64,000 nt of DNA from Sedimentisphaerales bacterium. Its GTDB lineage: Bacteria; Planctomycetota; Phycisphaerae; Sedimentisphaerales; SM23-30. The position numbers and the translations under genes were made by a program. Shown here in pieces: positions 42,301-51,777 of this stretch (its first letter is position 1; each line of letters begins with the position of its first letter). The DNA lies in the NCBI GenBank assembly GCA_963663965.2, contig CAXXFK010000018.1, positions 32,001 through 96,000 on the forward strand, given 5' to 3'. Below the pieces are notes generated by a model. That model was not told the origin of the DNA. It was given only the letters and a program-made list of their open reading frames with translations, and ran no database searches.

Positions 42301-44696
42301 TTGCCCCGAAAACGTAATGCTTCAGGCTGAGTACCCGCAGCGACGATATACTCGATGGACATCTGTTCTGCCGTAAGATTCAGGTATTCCAGATCGATTT
42401 CGATGTCTTCCAAAGCCATCGTTGCACCGGTCAGGGTCTGGCCTGCGGATGTTAACTCCAGGTATTGGCTGCCGGTCATGGTAATCGCATTAAATCCAAA
42501 TTCATCCGGCAGTTTAATGTCGCCCTGCAACAATAATTTCCTGGTCCCGTTTTCCGCGGTCAATTTCATGCTTCGGTAGCGCAGGTCAAGGCCTGCCAGG
42601 GATATCTCCGCGCTGACGGTACTGTCATTATCGTCCAGTACATAGGTTTCATCTTTGTTCAGCAAAATCTCAAAGCTGCCATTGAACACACCCTGACTGC
42701 TTCCTGTGGCAGTGGTTGTTACCGTACCGGTTGCGCTGAGTTTTTCCGCATCCAGAGCCAATTCTCCATTAACCGTTATCAGCGGGCTGAGTGTACCGCC
42801 GGTCAGACTGCTACCAGGGCCAATTGAAATAGTACCTGTATATTCAAAGCGTTGATCGGCGCTGTCCCAGGTAAAATCCGCAGGCGTTTTATCAGTTTCC
42901 AGCAGGGTTAAGGTTGGAAACGAATCAAAGTTTGTTGTGGTAGCGACATTGGCTATACCCCGATCATTCTCGAAGGTTCCGGCGGGAATATTGACGGTTA
43001 CCGGTCCGCCGGAAAATTCGCCGGTCAGCATATAGCGATAAATGGAATTCGCAGCATCAATCAGCGTGGGTTTGCCTTTAACTGATACACTCTGGGCGCC
43101 TTCCCCGGACAATACCAGCTCATCCCCGGTTACACTGCTTTTGGCCGCGCCGTTCAATGCCAGATCAAGATAGCCCTTTTCGTTGATCTCGTCGGTATAG
43201 ACATAGCCGACTTCATCGTAATTGTCGGCCAGTGATCCGGAAGGCGCCGAGACATTATCCATGCGAACGATCCGGGATTTGTAGATATAGCTGCTGGTAT
43301 AACCCATGATGACATCGCCATCAGGCTCAACCGCCATATAATTGGGACTCATGGTCACCGTTCCCCAACCACTGTGTTCAACATTCAGATCGGGCACATA
43401 GGTACTGAATTTTAAGGAGCCGCTGGAATCGAACCGTGCGATAAAATGTTGATCGTAACCATTAAACTCTGTATATAACGGATCTACCAGCGTCAAATCA
43501 CTTGAGCTGGTTCGTCCCAATACGGTTACATTGCCATCATTATCAACCCCCACTTCAAAGGGATAGCCCATTTCATCGCTGCTGCCGCCAAAGGTCTGGG
43601 CCCAGATTTTGTTGCCGGCGGTGTCATATTTTGCCAGATACAAATCGGAGTTCAACATCCCGGTCAGATAAATAAAGCCATCCCGTCCGAACGTGTAACT
43701 ATCGCCGGGAATGTCTTTGCTGCCCACCGGAGTGATGCCGTCGGTGGTCAGGCGATAGACGATTTCATCGTTATTAAAGATGGTCAACTCATCGGTGGCG
43801 TTCATCTGAAGCAATTCGACGTCAAAGGGATTGAAGTCGCTCCAGTAATAATCGAATACGGTCGCTTCGCTGGGTGTTCCCGTATCGGTATCGATCGAAA
43901 AGGTCGCGTTATACCGTTCGATTTTACGGTAGCCATCGGATACTTTTTTGACGGCCGCGGTATCGTTAAACCAGACGGTGTTATTGTTGAGGTACGAAAA
44001 GGAAGGATCATTGCCGGGCGCGACTGTCAGGGCAAAAGTAATGCTGCCGGAGGAGTCTTCATGCAGGATCGTTTCACCGGCGGGGGTCTGCCATTCGTAG
44101 GCGGTCGGATTGCTTTGGACCTGGATCTTAACCAAAGCGATATATTCTGTCCGGACACCAAAACCATAAGGGTTCTGGTTGATCGTATCGTAACAGGCGG
44201 TATCCTGAATTCGATATTGCACGCCGGAGGTTGTCGCGCTGTCATAGCCGGAGTTATCTGAGATATCCCAGTCAAAAGACCAGTCAAGATATCCATCACT
44301 GCTGAACAGGGAATAAGTGCTGGGACGAATACTACCATCGGATTCGAGTATTAGGTCGCCGGCATTGCTTTGGAAATTGATCCAGTCCGCTTTTATTTTG
44401 TTTAAATCGACATTGGCAATAAAGGATTCGTAGGAACCCGGCTGGTCGCCGTGTAACGCGAAGGTCCCATAATCGCTGCTATATATACTACAGTTGCCGC
44501 TGATAATCAAATCACCTTGCTCATTTATTTCGGCGCCAAAAATATTGCTCAGATTCAGTTCTCCCGGGTCGATATATCCCAGTAATTCGAAACCGGACGG
44601 TAAATCGCTGCTTAAAAGTATTCTGTTTTCCAACGCTTCTAAATTTAAACGCGACTTACCCAATGAACGACTTGAACTCAGATGTTTGTTTGTCAT
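39321..44696 (-). CDS. large extracellular LEPR-xLL domain protein
   Basis: LEALENRILLS motif; SBBP-like LAKYD..G...W repeat; beta-rich body; C-terminal G.I.S...G.. repeats. Confidence 0.8.
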   Translation of the reverse strand: MTNKHLSSSRSLGKSRLNLEALENRILLSSDLPSGFELLGYIDPGELNLSNIFGAEINEQGDLIISGNCSIYSSDYGTFALHGDQPGSYESFIANVDLNKIKADWINFQSNAGDLILESDGSIRPSTYSLFSSDGYLDWSFDWDISDNSGYDSATTSGVQYRIQDTACYDTINQNPYGFGVRTEYIALVKIQVQSNPTAYEWQTPAGETILHEDSSGSITFALTVAPGNDPSFSYLNNNTVWFNDTAAVKKVSDGYRKIERYNATFSIDTDTGTPSEATVFDYYWSDFNPFDVELLQMNATDELTIFNNDEIVYRLTTDGITPVGSKDIPGDSYTFGRDGFIYLTGMLNSDLYLAKYDTAGNKIWAQTFGGSSDEMGYPFEVGVDNDGNVTVLGRTSSSDLTLVDPLYTEFNGYDQHFIARFDSSGSLKFSTYVPDLNVEHSGWGTVTMSPNYMAVEPDGDVIMGYTSSYIYKSRIVRMDNVSAPSGSLADNYDEVGYVYTDEINEKGYLDLALNGAAKSSVTGDELVLSGEGAQSVSVKGKPTLIDAANSIYRYMLTGEFSGGPVTVNIPAGTFENDRGIANVATTTNFDSFPTLTLLETDKTPADFTWDSADQRFEYTGTISIGPGSSLTGGTLSPLITVNGELALDAEKLSATGTVTTTATGSSQGVFNGSFEILLNKDETYVLDDNDSTVSAEISLAGLDLRYRSMKLTAENGTRKLLLQGDIKLPDEFGFNAITMTGSQYLELTSAGQTLTGATMALEDIEIDLEYLNLTAEQMSIEYIVAAGTQPEALRFRGKVILPEVFNATADFTTDTFAGTDGYIEINANGEIKWYGKLSVEEIVIVEDRWVIKQASLEVRDVPGVGMSVQGDGIFTVPPGMDIICGLGFVNEELNYVRLGVDEIELPIGTTGAFLQSINGYVNNIADPDATKIQFGGGLGFTAGKKIELSLPDWAGGDLEGALAEFGVEGGFTFQELTGSGTVKVAGGLAEGAATATLNWEKNTLNAQCQLTALNNLLGINGAMKADSNMNISINGTGTVGIPTIIPIWGGKSLANGTTVLNFTNDDNYTNDYIAGWGSTSITAFGKVYSMTAGIRVNFDGSYSFLGGKTAARLQAGQTSPLLSDEVVNKKSIESDPIEDTAYTNSETFYATEGQEWLMINAQWDNAAAGEISLTDPNGVVYDLAAITNSDFIAVVPELSDDTTTTLFIESPTPGTWTLQVASDEPLEGLTFDGYQDTTLPQLTIDEISINPYSQSGAIAYSGDSDLTGCQITFYYDDDHSGADGILMGQADNTGQFDWDTSSVAAGAYYVYGLISDGNNIPTASYYDEPIEIEASQALTDILIGTGAAGRISYTDADNTLVTVSLKGDSGTLRFTGDDITATGTKNVVVTGTNLFLQSIVLDGTGIAALSIGAKGGSDNEATIGAITGGEIKSLSGKGVVLAGNLQTSGSLSTLSWGDLGDNITIETGQSGSGFSLKAGNIGDNVTFDIADSIKSFSANTYASGRVDCDSLGKFAIKSGLVEVDITADSGDIGSVGSSGDLLGSLTAAGEIKAVAVKAGALKASLTASGAIGKVSALTIEGATLNARSVGSIAGKGDILDLTLVTTGGDIKSIKAAGDIDLQASIAGSFGSLGTKGDLSGVIRAENMISGVSAGSMSAILSAGGNIGKVSLKGDMTDSWLMAGLDLGSDLVFSSDDAGSGGDIGSVAVSGVFASSYLLAGALPEVSLIANSALSAPWFAPTGAIGSVKFGQINYTNDEPFGLFAATAIKPFKVGNVLVESQEMLKVTIGG

Positions 44697-44934
44697 GGAT
44701 GCCTCTGCCGTGATTACTGAATCAATGAAACGACAATCGTTTCTATTTGTATCTATCATCGGCAGTTCATACTGTTGTATTTATGAAAAATCGGCTTTAC
44801 AATACTAATACGGGCCTTCCAATTCCCTTGTCGCAGTCAAATTATTCAATCTGCCATATCAAGCATTTGTTAGGTAGAATCTTTGCTTTTTGACATTGGA
44901 GCCGGATCAGCACTAAAAGGTTCGGATTTCATTC

Positions 44935-44972
44935 AAGAACCCGTCCGAAGGGTTTGCTTCGGACGGGTTCTT
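44935..44972. terminator. perfect 16-bp stem hairpin, probable terminator
   Basis: AAGAACCCGTCCGAAG-ggtttg-CTTCGGACGGGTTCTT, downstream of the 45027-46862 gene. Confidence 0.65.
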
Positions 44973-45026
44973 TATTATTACAAGATTTTATATAATTATA
45001 ATCAGATTAATAGTGCCTGACGGGAC

Positions 45027-46862
45027 TCAGAATTCCGATACCTGAGGCACGATCAATGATTCAAATGATCTGTCCAGTTGATTCAGTTGCTGGGTTCCAT
45101 CCAGGAGTTTTTTCTCGGTGATCTGGATTTGTAATCTGATATCCGTTTCGTATTGATCCGCGATTTCCAGCAGGTTACTTTCTCTAATCTGTACTAGCTG
45201 TTTCGCGATAAACTCCAGTCGTGCCGCGTTTTCCGCATTTGTAATCGTCATATCCGAGAGCATACTATTGAATTTTGCCAGTAACTCGCCGCCGGTATCC
45301 TTGCGGACCGATTCGATATGATTGGCCAGTTCAGCCTTGGCCTGGGCCAACCGGATGCGTGCGTCGCTCAGATCTTTTTTAGATATCGAAGGCTGGGGGG
45401 CGCTACCATATCCACTGTGTCCGCCCGGCATTCCCATTTCCATACCTCCGCCCAGCATGCCCCCAAAGCCACCGCCGCCCATACCCGCTCCCATAGGATT
45501 CATTCCACCACCCAATCCAGACATCCCCATACCCATTCCCCCACCGCCGGGCATCATGCCCATTCCGCCGGGCATTCTACCGGTGCGTAAGTTACGGAGT
45601 TCCTCCTGTTCCATAATATCCCGCGCAGTAGATATTACAATCACGCCTTCATCATCAATTTCATAGGTGATCGTCTCTTTTGACTGAGCAGTCAGGCCAG
45701 ACATGTAACGACAAAGCAATTCGATTATTTTCTTGATAGACGCTTTTTGTAAGTCTATTTTAACGAGACAATCCGATGTGATTCCGTAATTGTCGAGCAT
45801 GCTCCAGTTGACAAAAATATTGAGATTGCTCTCTTTGCCCCCGGCTTTTTTTAACATAATAATTACTTCTCCAAATTCGATATCGTTAACCGTAAACTGA
45901 ATTTCCTGTTCCAGGATTTTGAGGGTATTTTCCCTGGGTGATAATTCCCGAGTCGCTGTGGTACGGACTCTTGCCGACTGGGAAGGGAGGGTATCTTCAC
46001 CTATTGTCGTCGGTGTGGCCGGTATCGTGGGACGGGGAACTACCGGTAATGGGGGGGCCTGTCCGGTACTACGAGTTGAAGTCGCCGACGGTCGAGCAGG
46101 AGCGGTGGATGTTGTTTCTGATAATTCATTCAATGTTTCCAAGCCGGCCAGTTCTTCGGCGCGCATATTTACAATTTCCTGCAATTGTTCAACCACCGGA
46201 TCATTGGCAATTTTATTTTCTGTTATATTTTTAGTTTTGTCGATTTCTAACAATATTGCCTGCTGACGGGCCTCGTTACCGGTCTGGTCCATCAATAACT
46301 GACGTTGTTCTTTTTCAAGCGATTCAATTTCACGGAGAATATTATCACGGCTCAGATCGCTGCGCCCGGCTTTTTCGCGTAAATCCCTGACTTGAGCGTT
46401 GAGCATATGCAGAACCATTTCACTTTCTTTAATATTTTGGGTCAGACGATCGTATTTTTTTTCCAAATCTTGCCTTGTAATCGCATATTCAACCTTCACG
46501 ATTTTATCCAGCCAACGCACCACCTCATCGGCAATTTCATCCGCTTTGGCCGGGAGCGCTTTGTTGTGGATCCAGATTTGGAGAGTTAAGATGACATCAT
46601 CGTTACTGCTGGATGATACCGTGGAGCAATCCATTTGAAATACATCCTGGACGGAATCATTAAGATTCAGGAACTCCTTACCCAGCCGGTCTTTAAGAGA
46701 TGAATTAATCACATTGTTCAATATGTTTACATTCATCGGGCAGTGAGAGATTTTGATGGTACGGGCGGCGGTCCAGGATTCCACGGGTTTTTCCTGGGCC
46801 AATCCGGTTAAGCAGTACCTTGCGAAACACAGAACGACTAGTATAGAAATGATTTTTTTCAT
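45027..46862 (-). CDS. exported coiled-coil protein with STN-like domain and Gly/Met-rich tract
   Basis: Signal peptide after AAAGGAG RBS; coiled coils; LNIFVNW..L...GI STN-like segment; GGMGMMPGGG tract. Confidence 0.65.
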   Translation of the reverse strand: MKKIISILVVLCFARYCLTGLAQEKPVESWTAARTIKISHCPMNVNILNNVINSSLKDRLGKEFLNLNDSVQDVFQMDCSTVSSSSNDDVILTLQIWIHNKALPAKADEIADEVVRWLDKIVKVEYAITRQDLEKKYDRLTQNIKESEMVLHMLNAQVRDLREKAGRSDLSRDNILREIESLEKEQRQLLMDQTGNEARQQAILLEIDKTKNITENKIANDPVVEQLQEIVNMRAEELAGLETLNELSETTSTAPARPSATSTRSTGQAPPLPVVPRPTIPATPTTIGEDTLPSQSARVRTTATRELSPRENTLKILEQEIQFTVNDIEFGEVIIMLKKAGGKESNLNIFVNWSMLDNYGITSDCLVKIDLQKASIKKIIELLCRYMSGLTAQSKETITYEIDDEGVIVISTARDIMEQEELRNLRTGRMPGGMGMMPGGGGMGMGMSGLGGGMNPMGAGMGGGGFGGMLGGGMEMGMPGGHSGYGSAPQPSISKKDLSDARIRLAQAKAELANHIESVRKDTGGELLAKFNSMLSDMTITNAENAARLEFIAKQLVQIRESNLLEIADQYETDIRLQIQITEKKLLDGTQQLNQLDRSFESLIVPQVSEF

Positions 46863-46926
46863 GATAAGGCTCCTTTCAAAATTCATTTTTTCTAGCAGAC
46901 TATCTGGATAACCTGTATCGGGCAGG

Positions 46927-47577
46927 TTATATTTGTTTTTCTAACTTGATTTGTTCCAGCATTTTGCCGGCTTCCTGAGCCCCGTGGGTTTCGGGATAGT
47001 TCTGGATTACACGCTGATAATCCCTGGCGGCCTCGGTGGTCAGGCCCAGTTCGCGATATTTGTAATCGGCCTGGCGATACATGATCCAGGCCGTGCGCTG
47101 GTATTCGAGCCGGTTCTCGATCATGGGTTCCAACTGCTTATCCAATTGGCTATTAAGCCGGGCCAACTGGGCTTCCTGCTGGCGACTGGTCAGCATATCT
47201 TCGACGATTTGCATGCGATAATTAAGTTCATAGCGCAATTGCATTACTTCGGATTCGAGTTGTGCGATCCGTTGGCGGTTTTGAATCTCTTGCGATGGTT
47301 CCTGGGCCGAATCGATTTGCGGTTCATCTGGTATGGCCACATCAATGCTGGCAACTGCATCAATCGGTACAATGGCTTTGTTTTGCGGCTGGTTTGAAGA
47401 CCAGGCGATTGAGAGTCCGATTACAATGGCGATGCCTGCGGCGGCCAGTGACCAGCGGGTAACGCATTGGTGGTACATGGCCTGGCGGCGACAGCGGGCC
47501 GCCAGATTGTCGGTCAGTTGGGGTTGGGGAAGGCTGCTTTCGGCGTTTCGTAATAGATTTTCAAGTTGATCTGACAT
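46927..47577 (-). CDS. putative anti-sigma-like single-pass membrane protein with C-terminal TPR-like helix pair
   Basis: Directly downstream of the ECF sigma; short N-terminal domain, one TM, A...YQRVI..YPET motif. Confidence 0.6.
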   Translation of the reverse strand: MSDQLENLLRNAESSLPQPQLTDNLAARCRRQAMYHQCVTRWSLAAAGIAIVIGLSIAWSSNQPQNKAIVPIDAVASIDVAIPDEPQIDSAQEPSQEIQNRQRIAQLESEVMQLRYELNYRMQIVEDMLTSRQQEAQLARLNSQLDKQLEPMIENRLEYQRTAWIMYRQADYKYRELGLTTEAARDYQRVIQNYPETHGAQEAGKMLEQIKLEKQI

Positions 47578-47586
47578 AAGTTTCCT

Positions 47587-48183
47587 TTAAATAGTGTCTT
47601 TTATACAGGCCCCCAGGTATTCCCGGAGCTTCTGGCGCGCGCGGTGCAATCTGACTTCCACGGTATTGGGTTCGATTTTCAAGATGCGGGCGATTTCTTT
47701 GATGTCGAGCTGTTCCAGATATTTAAATACGGTCACCTCACGGAGTTTGAGTGGTAATTTGCCCACGGCTTGCCGGACGAGGCGGCCGGTTTCCTGATCC
47801 ATCAGACTGGCGTCGCTGGGTTCGGCCAGAGGGGTATGGTCAAATTGTTTGAAAAGCTTCAGGTTCAATAATCGTTTGCGGTGCCAGCTGCGGCACTGGT
47901 TGACAGCGATGGTGGTGAGCCAGTTGGCCACGTTGCCGCGGGCGTTAAACTGGCTTTGTTTTTTCAAGGCGGTCAGGAAAGTATCCTGGACGATATCATC
48001 CACTTCAGAATTCCGCCAGCCGGTGAGGCGCCAGACCAGGCGGGTGATGCGTTCCTGATGAAGATGTACCAGCTCTTCATAGGCGCAGGTTTCCCCCTGA
48101 CCAAAACGGTGGGTCAGCTCACATACCGGCTTGACATTTTCAGTGGGCAGGCCAGCAATGGTATCGGACAAACAGCTTTCCAT
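47587..48183 (-). CDS. ECF RNA polymerase sigma factor
   Basis: DDIVQDTF, WLTTIAVN.CR and EIA.IL.I..NTVEVRLHRAR. Confidence 0.92.
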   Translation of the reverse strand: MESCLSDTIAGLPTENVKPVCELTHRFGQGETCAYEELVHLHQERITRLVWRLTGWRNSEVDDIVQDTFLTALKKQSQFNARGNVANWLTTIAVNQCRSWHRKRLLNLKLFKQFDHTPLAEPSDASLMDQETGRLVRQAVGKLPLKLREVTVFKYLEQLDIKEIARILKIEPNTVEVRLHRARQKLREYLGACIKDTI

Positions 48184-48770
48184 ATTCGCTATATATGATG
48201 TACGAGTGGGGAAAAACTTACAAAGAAAATCAGAATTGGGTTCGTTTCTACCAGCGAGGTGTATGGAGTAATTGGTTGGGTGGTATACCAATTCCGATGC
48301 CAATGCCTTAACGATGCCAGACCAACAATCAAGCCGCCGAAGCTGGATATTGGCAGATGAGGAGAGATTGGAGAGATGCGGGGAGGTAGCTTTCGGCGAA
48401 CATTGGGTTTGTTTGGCATGGTTTATAAGTATTTTATTTATAAATGGATGATTTTAGTTCTAATGGTTAGTTAAACTACACGTCGGGAATGCAACGGTCT
48501 TATGGGCTGCCCACATTGTATTGAATTGCTGTCAACAAAATAATAAACACTTTGTTTAATAGATTTCGGGGAGTGGCTGGATTAGGGGTTTCAATGGGGG
48601 GAGGATTGACTTATAATGAGCCGCTTGAGCGTTATACCCAACAGGTATGGGAAAGCCTGATCGATCGCAATCTAAGTAGTTAATATTAAAAGACTTATAT
48701 TATGGCCAGTCTGGCATTTTTAATCGTAAAGGGTATATGAATTGTAAGATCATGAAAGGAAATGAGTTAG

Positions 48771-50210
48771 ATGGCAAGTGATGTGCAGCAAGTTTCACCG
48801 GGGCCGGTGGGGCCGGAGTTACCTCCTGAGGGGATGGCTGGACCAGTTGATGGTCCGGTCTCGAGTGGTAATATGGATGACTTAACTACCCCAGAGGGAA
48901 TCCAGAGTACTATCAGCCGGATTACCGGCCTGGATGGCCAGCCGCCGGAACCCCAAACCCTGATGGAGCGTTACGTGCACTGGCTGGGTGAACTGGGCGG
49001 GGGGCAGCGGTTTTGTGTCTATCTGGCGGCGGCGGGTGGTATGCTGCTGCTGGCGTGGCTGGCGAATCTGATTACCCGAAAAGTGTTGCTGGCTATCATT
49101 AAGAAGCATGTCGCGCGCACCAAGGTTCACTGGGATGACATTCTGTTGCAGCAAAAGGTGTTTCACCGTATTTCGCACCTGGCCCCGGCGCTGTTGATTT
49201 ACTATCTGAACGATTATGTTTTTGCCGGGTTGGATACGGTTATCGGGGCGGTGGAAACCGCGTCGCTGGTCTATATGCTGCTGGTAGCCATTTTGACGCT
49301 GGACGCTTTGTTAAACGGGTTTATCGAAATTTATCGTGGATTCAGCTTTGCCCACGCCTTTCCCATCAAAAGTTTTGTTCAGGTTGTCAAAATCATCATC
49401 TACTTTATCTGCGGGATCGTTGTCCTGTCGATGTTGATCGATAAAGACCCAACCCGGCTATTCGCGGGGATGGGGGCGATGACGGCGGTATTGATGCTGA
49501 TTTTCAAGGATTCGATCCTGGGTTTTGTGTCGGGGATACAGCTGACCACGAATAAAATGGTGCGGTTGGGGGACTGGATCGAGATGCCCAGGTTTGGGGC
49601 TGATGGCGATGTAATCGATATCTCGCTGACGACGGTGAAGGTGCAGAACTGGGACAAGACGATTTCGACGATTCCCACCTACGCGCTGGTGAGCGATTCG
49701 TTCAAGAACTGGCGGGGGATGTCGGAATCGGCCGGGCGGCGGATCAAGCGTTCGGTCTGTATCGATATGAACAGTATCCGTTTTTGTGACGAAGGGATGC
49801 TGGAGCGGATGCGGCGGATTCAGTATATCGCCGATTATCTTGACGCGAAGAAAGCGGAACTGGCCGCGTGGAACAGCGAACGGAAGGTGGATGACTCGAC
49901 CCTGGTAAACGGGAGGCGTCTGACCAATATCGGGACGTTTCGGGCTTATGTTGAGGCCTATCTCAAGCATCATGAACTCATTAATCAGAACATGACATTT
50001 CTGGTGCGTCAATTGCAGCCGACCGAACATGGCCTGCCGCTGGAGATTTATGTCTTTTGCAGCGATAAGGTCTGGGCCCATTATGAGGCGGTGCAGGCGG
50101 ATATTTTCGATCATATGCTGGCAGTGTTGCCGGAATTTGATTTGCGGGTATTTCAGAATCCGACGGGTGCGGATTGGGGGCGTATGATTCAAGGGGGGGG
50201 AAATGGGTGA
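48771..50210 (+). CDS. MscS-family mechanosensitive channel (YbdG-like)
   Basis: GAMTAVLMLIFKDSILG, GDWIEMP, ADGDV.DI.LTTVKVQNWDKT, GRRIKR and LTNIGTFRAY. Confidence 0.93.
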   Translation: MASDVQQVSPGPVGPELPPEGMAGPVDGPVSSGNMDDLTTPEGIQSTISRITGLDGQPPEPQTLMERYVHWLGELGGGQRFCVYLAAAGGMLLLAWLANLITRKVLLAIIKKHVARTKVHWDDILLQQKVFHRISHLAPALLIYYLNDYVFAGLDTVIGAVETASLVYMLLVAILTLDALLNGFIEIYRGFSFAHAFPIKSFVQVVKIIIYFICGIVVLSMLIDKDPTRLFAGMGAMTAVLMLIFKDSILGFVSGIQLTTNKMVRLGDWIEMPRFGADGDVIDISLTTVKVQNWDKTISTIPTYALVSDSFKNWRGMSESAGRRIKRSVCIDMNSIRFCDEGMLERMRRIQYIADYLDAKKAELAAWNSERKVDDSTLVNGRRLTNIGTFRAYVEAYLKHHELINQNMTFLVRQLQPTEHGLPLEIYVFCSDKVWAHYEAVQADIFDHMLAVLPEFDLRVFQNPTGADWGRMIQGGGNG

Positions 50211-50383
50211 AGTTTTTGTCAAAAACGCGGTTATAATCGGTATACCTTACCTGAATTACGGCCGGAAAAGTAAAGGAAAGTAGATATCCAGTCTTGAAAT
50301 ATCGCTTTGATTATGGTATAATAACCGTATTATTTTGTGTTAATGTGTAGTGTACAAAGTGATATTTAGCAAAACCGAAGGAG

Positions 50384-50989
50384 TTGAAAATGCTGAAAAA
50401 ATGTCTATCGGTCTTATTGTTGATGGCGCCATTTGCGATGGGAAATGTGACCTTTCAGGATGATTTTGAAGGGGACCTTTCGCAATGGATCGGAAAAACA
50501 AATCAGGTCCATCATGGCGTGATTGCTGACGATCCGCTGAATTCGGGCAATAGTGTCTTGAAGTTCTCGCGCACGAATTCGAGTGGCGATATATTTTCGA
50601 CGCCCCTGTTGAGTTATCAAGATGGTCCTATTACCTTGTCGTTTGATTATCTGGGTATTTCGGATAATGGCGGCGCGGTGGCTGATTCGGGCGGCTTTGT
50701 GGGCTTTTCCTATGGCCTGGCGGGCACTCATTACTGGAAACTGGCCACCCAGGGCAGCTATTCGGGTGTGGAAGAGCATCTGATTGACGATGGCAAATGG
50801 CACAGCTATTCACTGGTTATCAATCCGACGCAGGATTTTCATATTATGATCGAAGATTTTGTCAATCCGGCCGGTGACGCTTATTTCGATAATATCAAGA
50901 TCACCAATGCCGCCGTACCGGCGCCGGGCGCGTTGATCCTGGGTTCGCTGGGGACAGGACTGGTTGGCTGGATCCGCCGCAAGAAATAA
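50384..50989 (+). CDS. secreted protein with PEP-CTERM-like VPAPGA sorting signal
   Basis: Signal peptide; C-terminus VPAPGALILGSLGTGLVGWIRRKK. Confidence 0.85.
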   Translation: MKMLKKCLSVLLLMAPFAMGNVTFQDDFEGDLSQWIGKTNQVHHGVIADDPLNSGNSVLKFSRTNSSGDIFSTPLLSYQDGPITLSFDYLGISDNGGAVADSGGFVGFSYGLAGTHYWKLATQGSYSGVEEHLIDDGKWHSYSLVINPTQDFHIMIEDFVNPAGDAYFDNIKITNAAVPAPGALILGSLGTGLVGWIRRKK

Positions 50990-51015
50990 GTTTTGTTGTT
51001 AATATTAGAATCAAG

Positions 51016-51043
51016 AAAGCCGTCCTGAATGGGCGGTTTTTTT
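51016..51043 (+). terminator. rho-independent terminator
   Basis: AAAGCCGTCC-tgaat-GGGCGGTTTTTTT. Confidence 0.75.
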
Positions 51044-51130
51044 ATGCGCGGGGATGATACTAATGTGTTGATATTGGTTGGGCGGGGGTATTCCAGGGTG
51101 GACAAGCCGCAACCCAAAGAAAAAATCGAT

Positions 51131-51560
51131 CACACAAAGCCACAAAGGCACAAAGATATATACAGCCATTTAGACAGGATTACAGGATCAACAGGATAAA
51201 AAGTTCGGGACCATTAAATTATCTGGTAAGATGAAGTCATTACTTTGCTTATAAAGCATAAGAACAAAAAGCTTGCTAAGAAAACAAAGAAATGAGGGAT
51301 TGTAGTACGGAAAGGGAAAATAAAATACATTTTCACCGTGTAGTAAGTGAAGGGAGTTAAGGAATGGCCGGAGAGATGAAAAAAAACAGCCTTTTTAGAC
51401 AGGATTACAGGATTTACAGGATTTAATGGGAATTCATATAAAATATAACAGCCTTTTGAACCGCAGATGGACGCAGATAGACGCAGATAAAAACCGATTT
51501 AAGTAATTATAATAAAATAACTTAGAACCACGTAAAAACGCGGAAAGCCACGGAAGAAAA
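51131..51560. repeat. array of short triple direct repeats
   Basis: (CACAAAG)x3, (ACAGGAT)x3 twice, (CGCAGAT)x3 and degenerate (CACGGAA)x3. Confidence 0.8.
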
Positions 51561-51777
51561 CAGGTATAAAATAGTTTAATTAAAGAAGATATGATTTTGA
51601 TAATGAATAAATGCCAGAAATCGGGAAATAAAACTAATTTTACTAAAGAGAAAGTGGTGGAACGGCTGGAGAATGGTGGGAGGGGGAAATTGGTTGATCG
51701 GGGGGCGGGTTGAAGTACCATAATCGGGTTGTTGATTTTGAGGTGATGACGCATCGTGCAGACTGGGGGCCGAACGG

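Noticed and set aside
51131..51560. CRISPR array
   Set aside because: Units are 7-10 nt, of several different sequences, with no 25-45 nt repeat/spacer period and no cas genes
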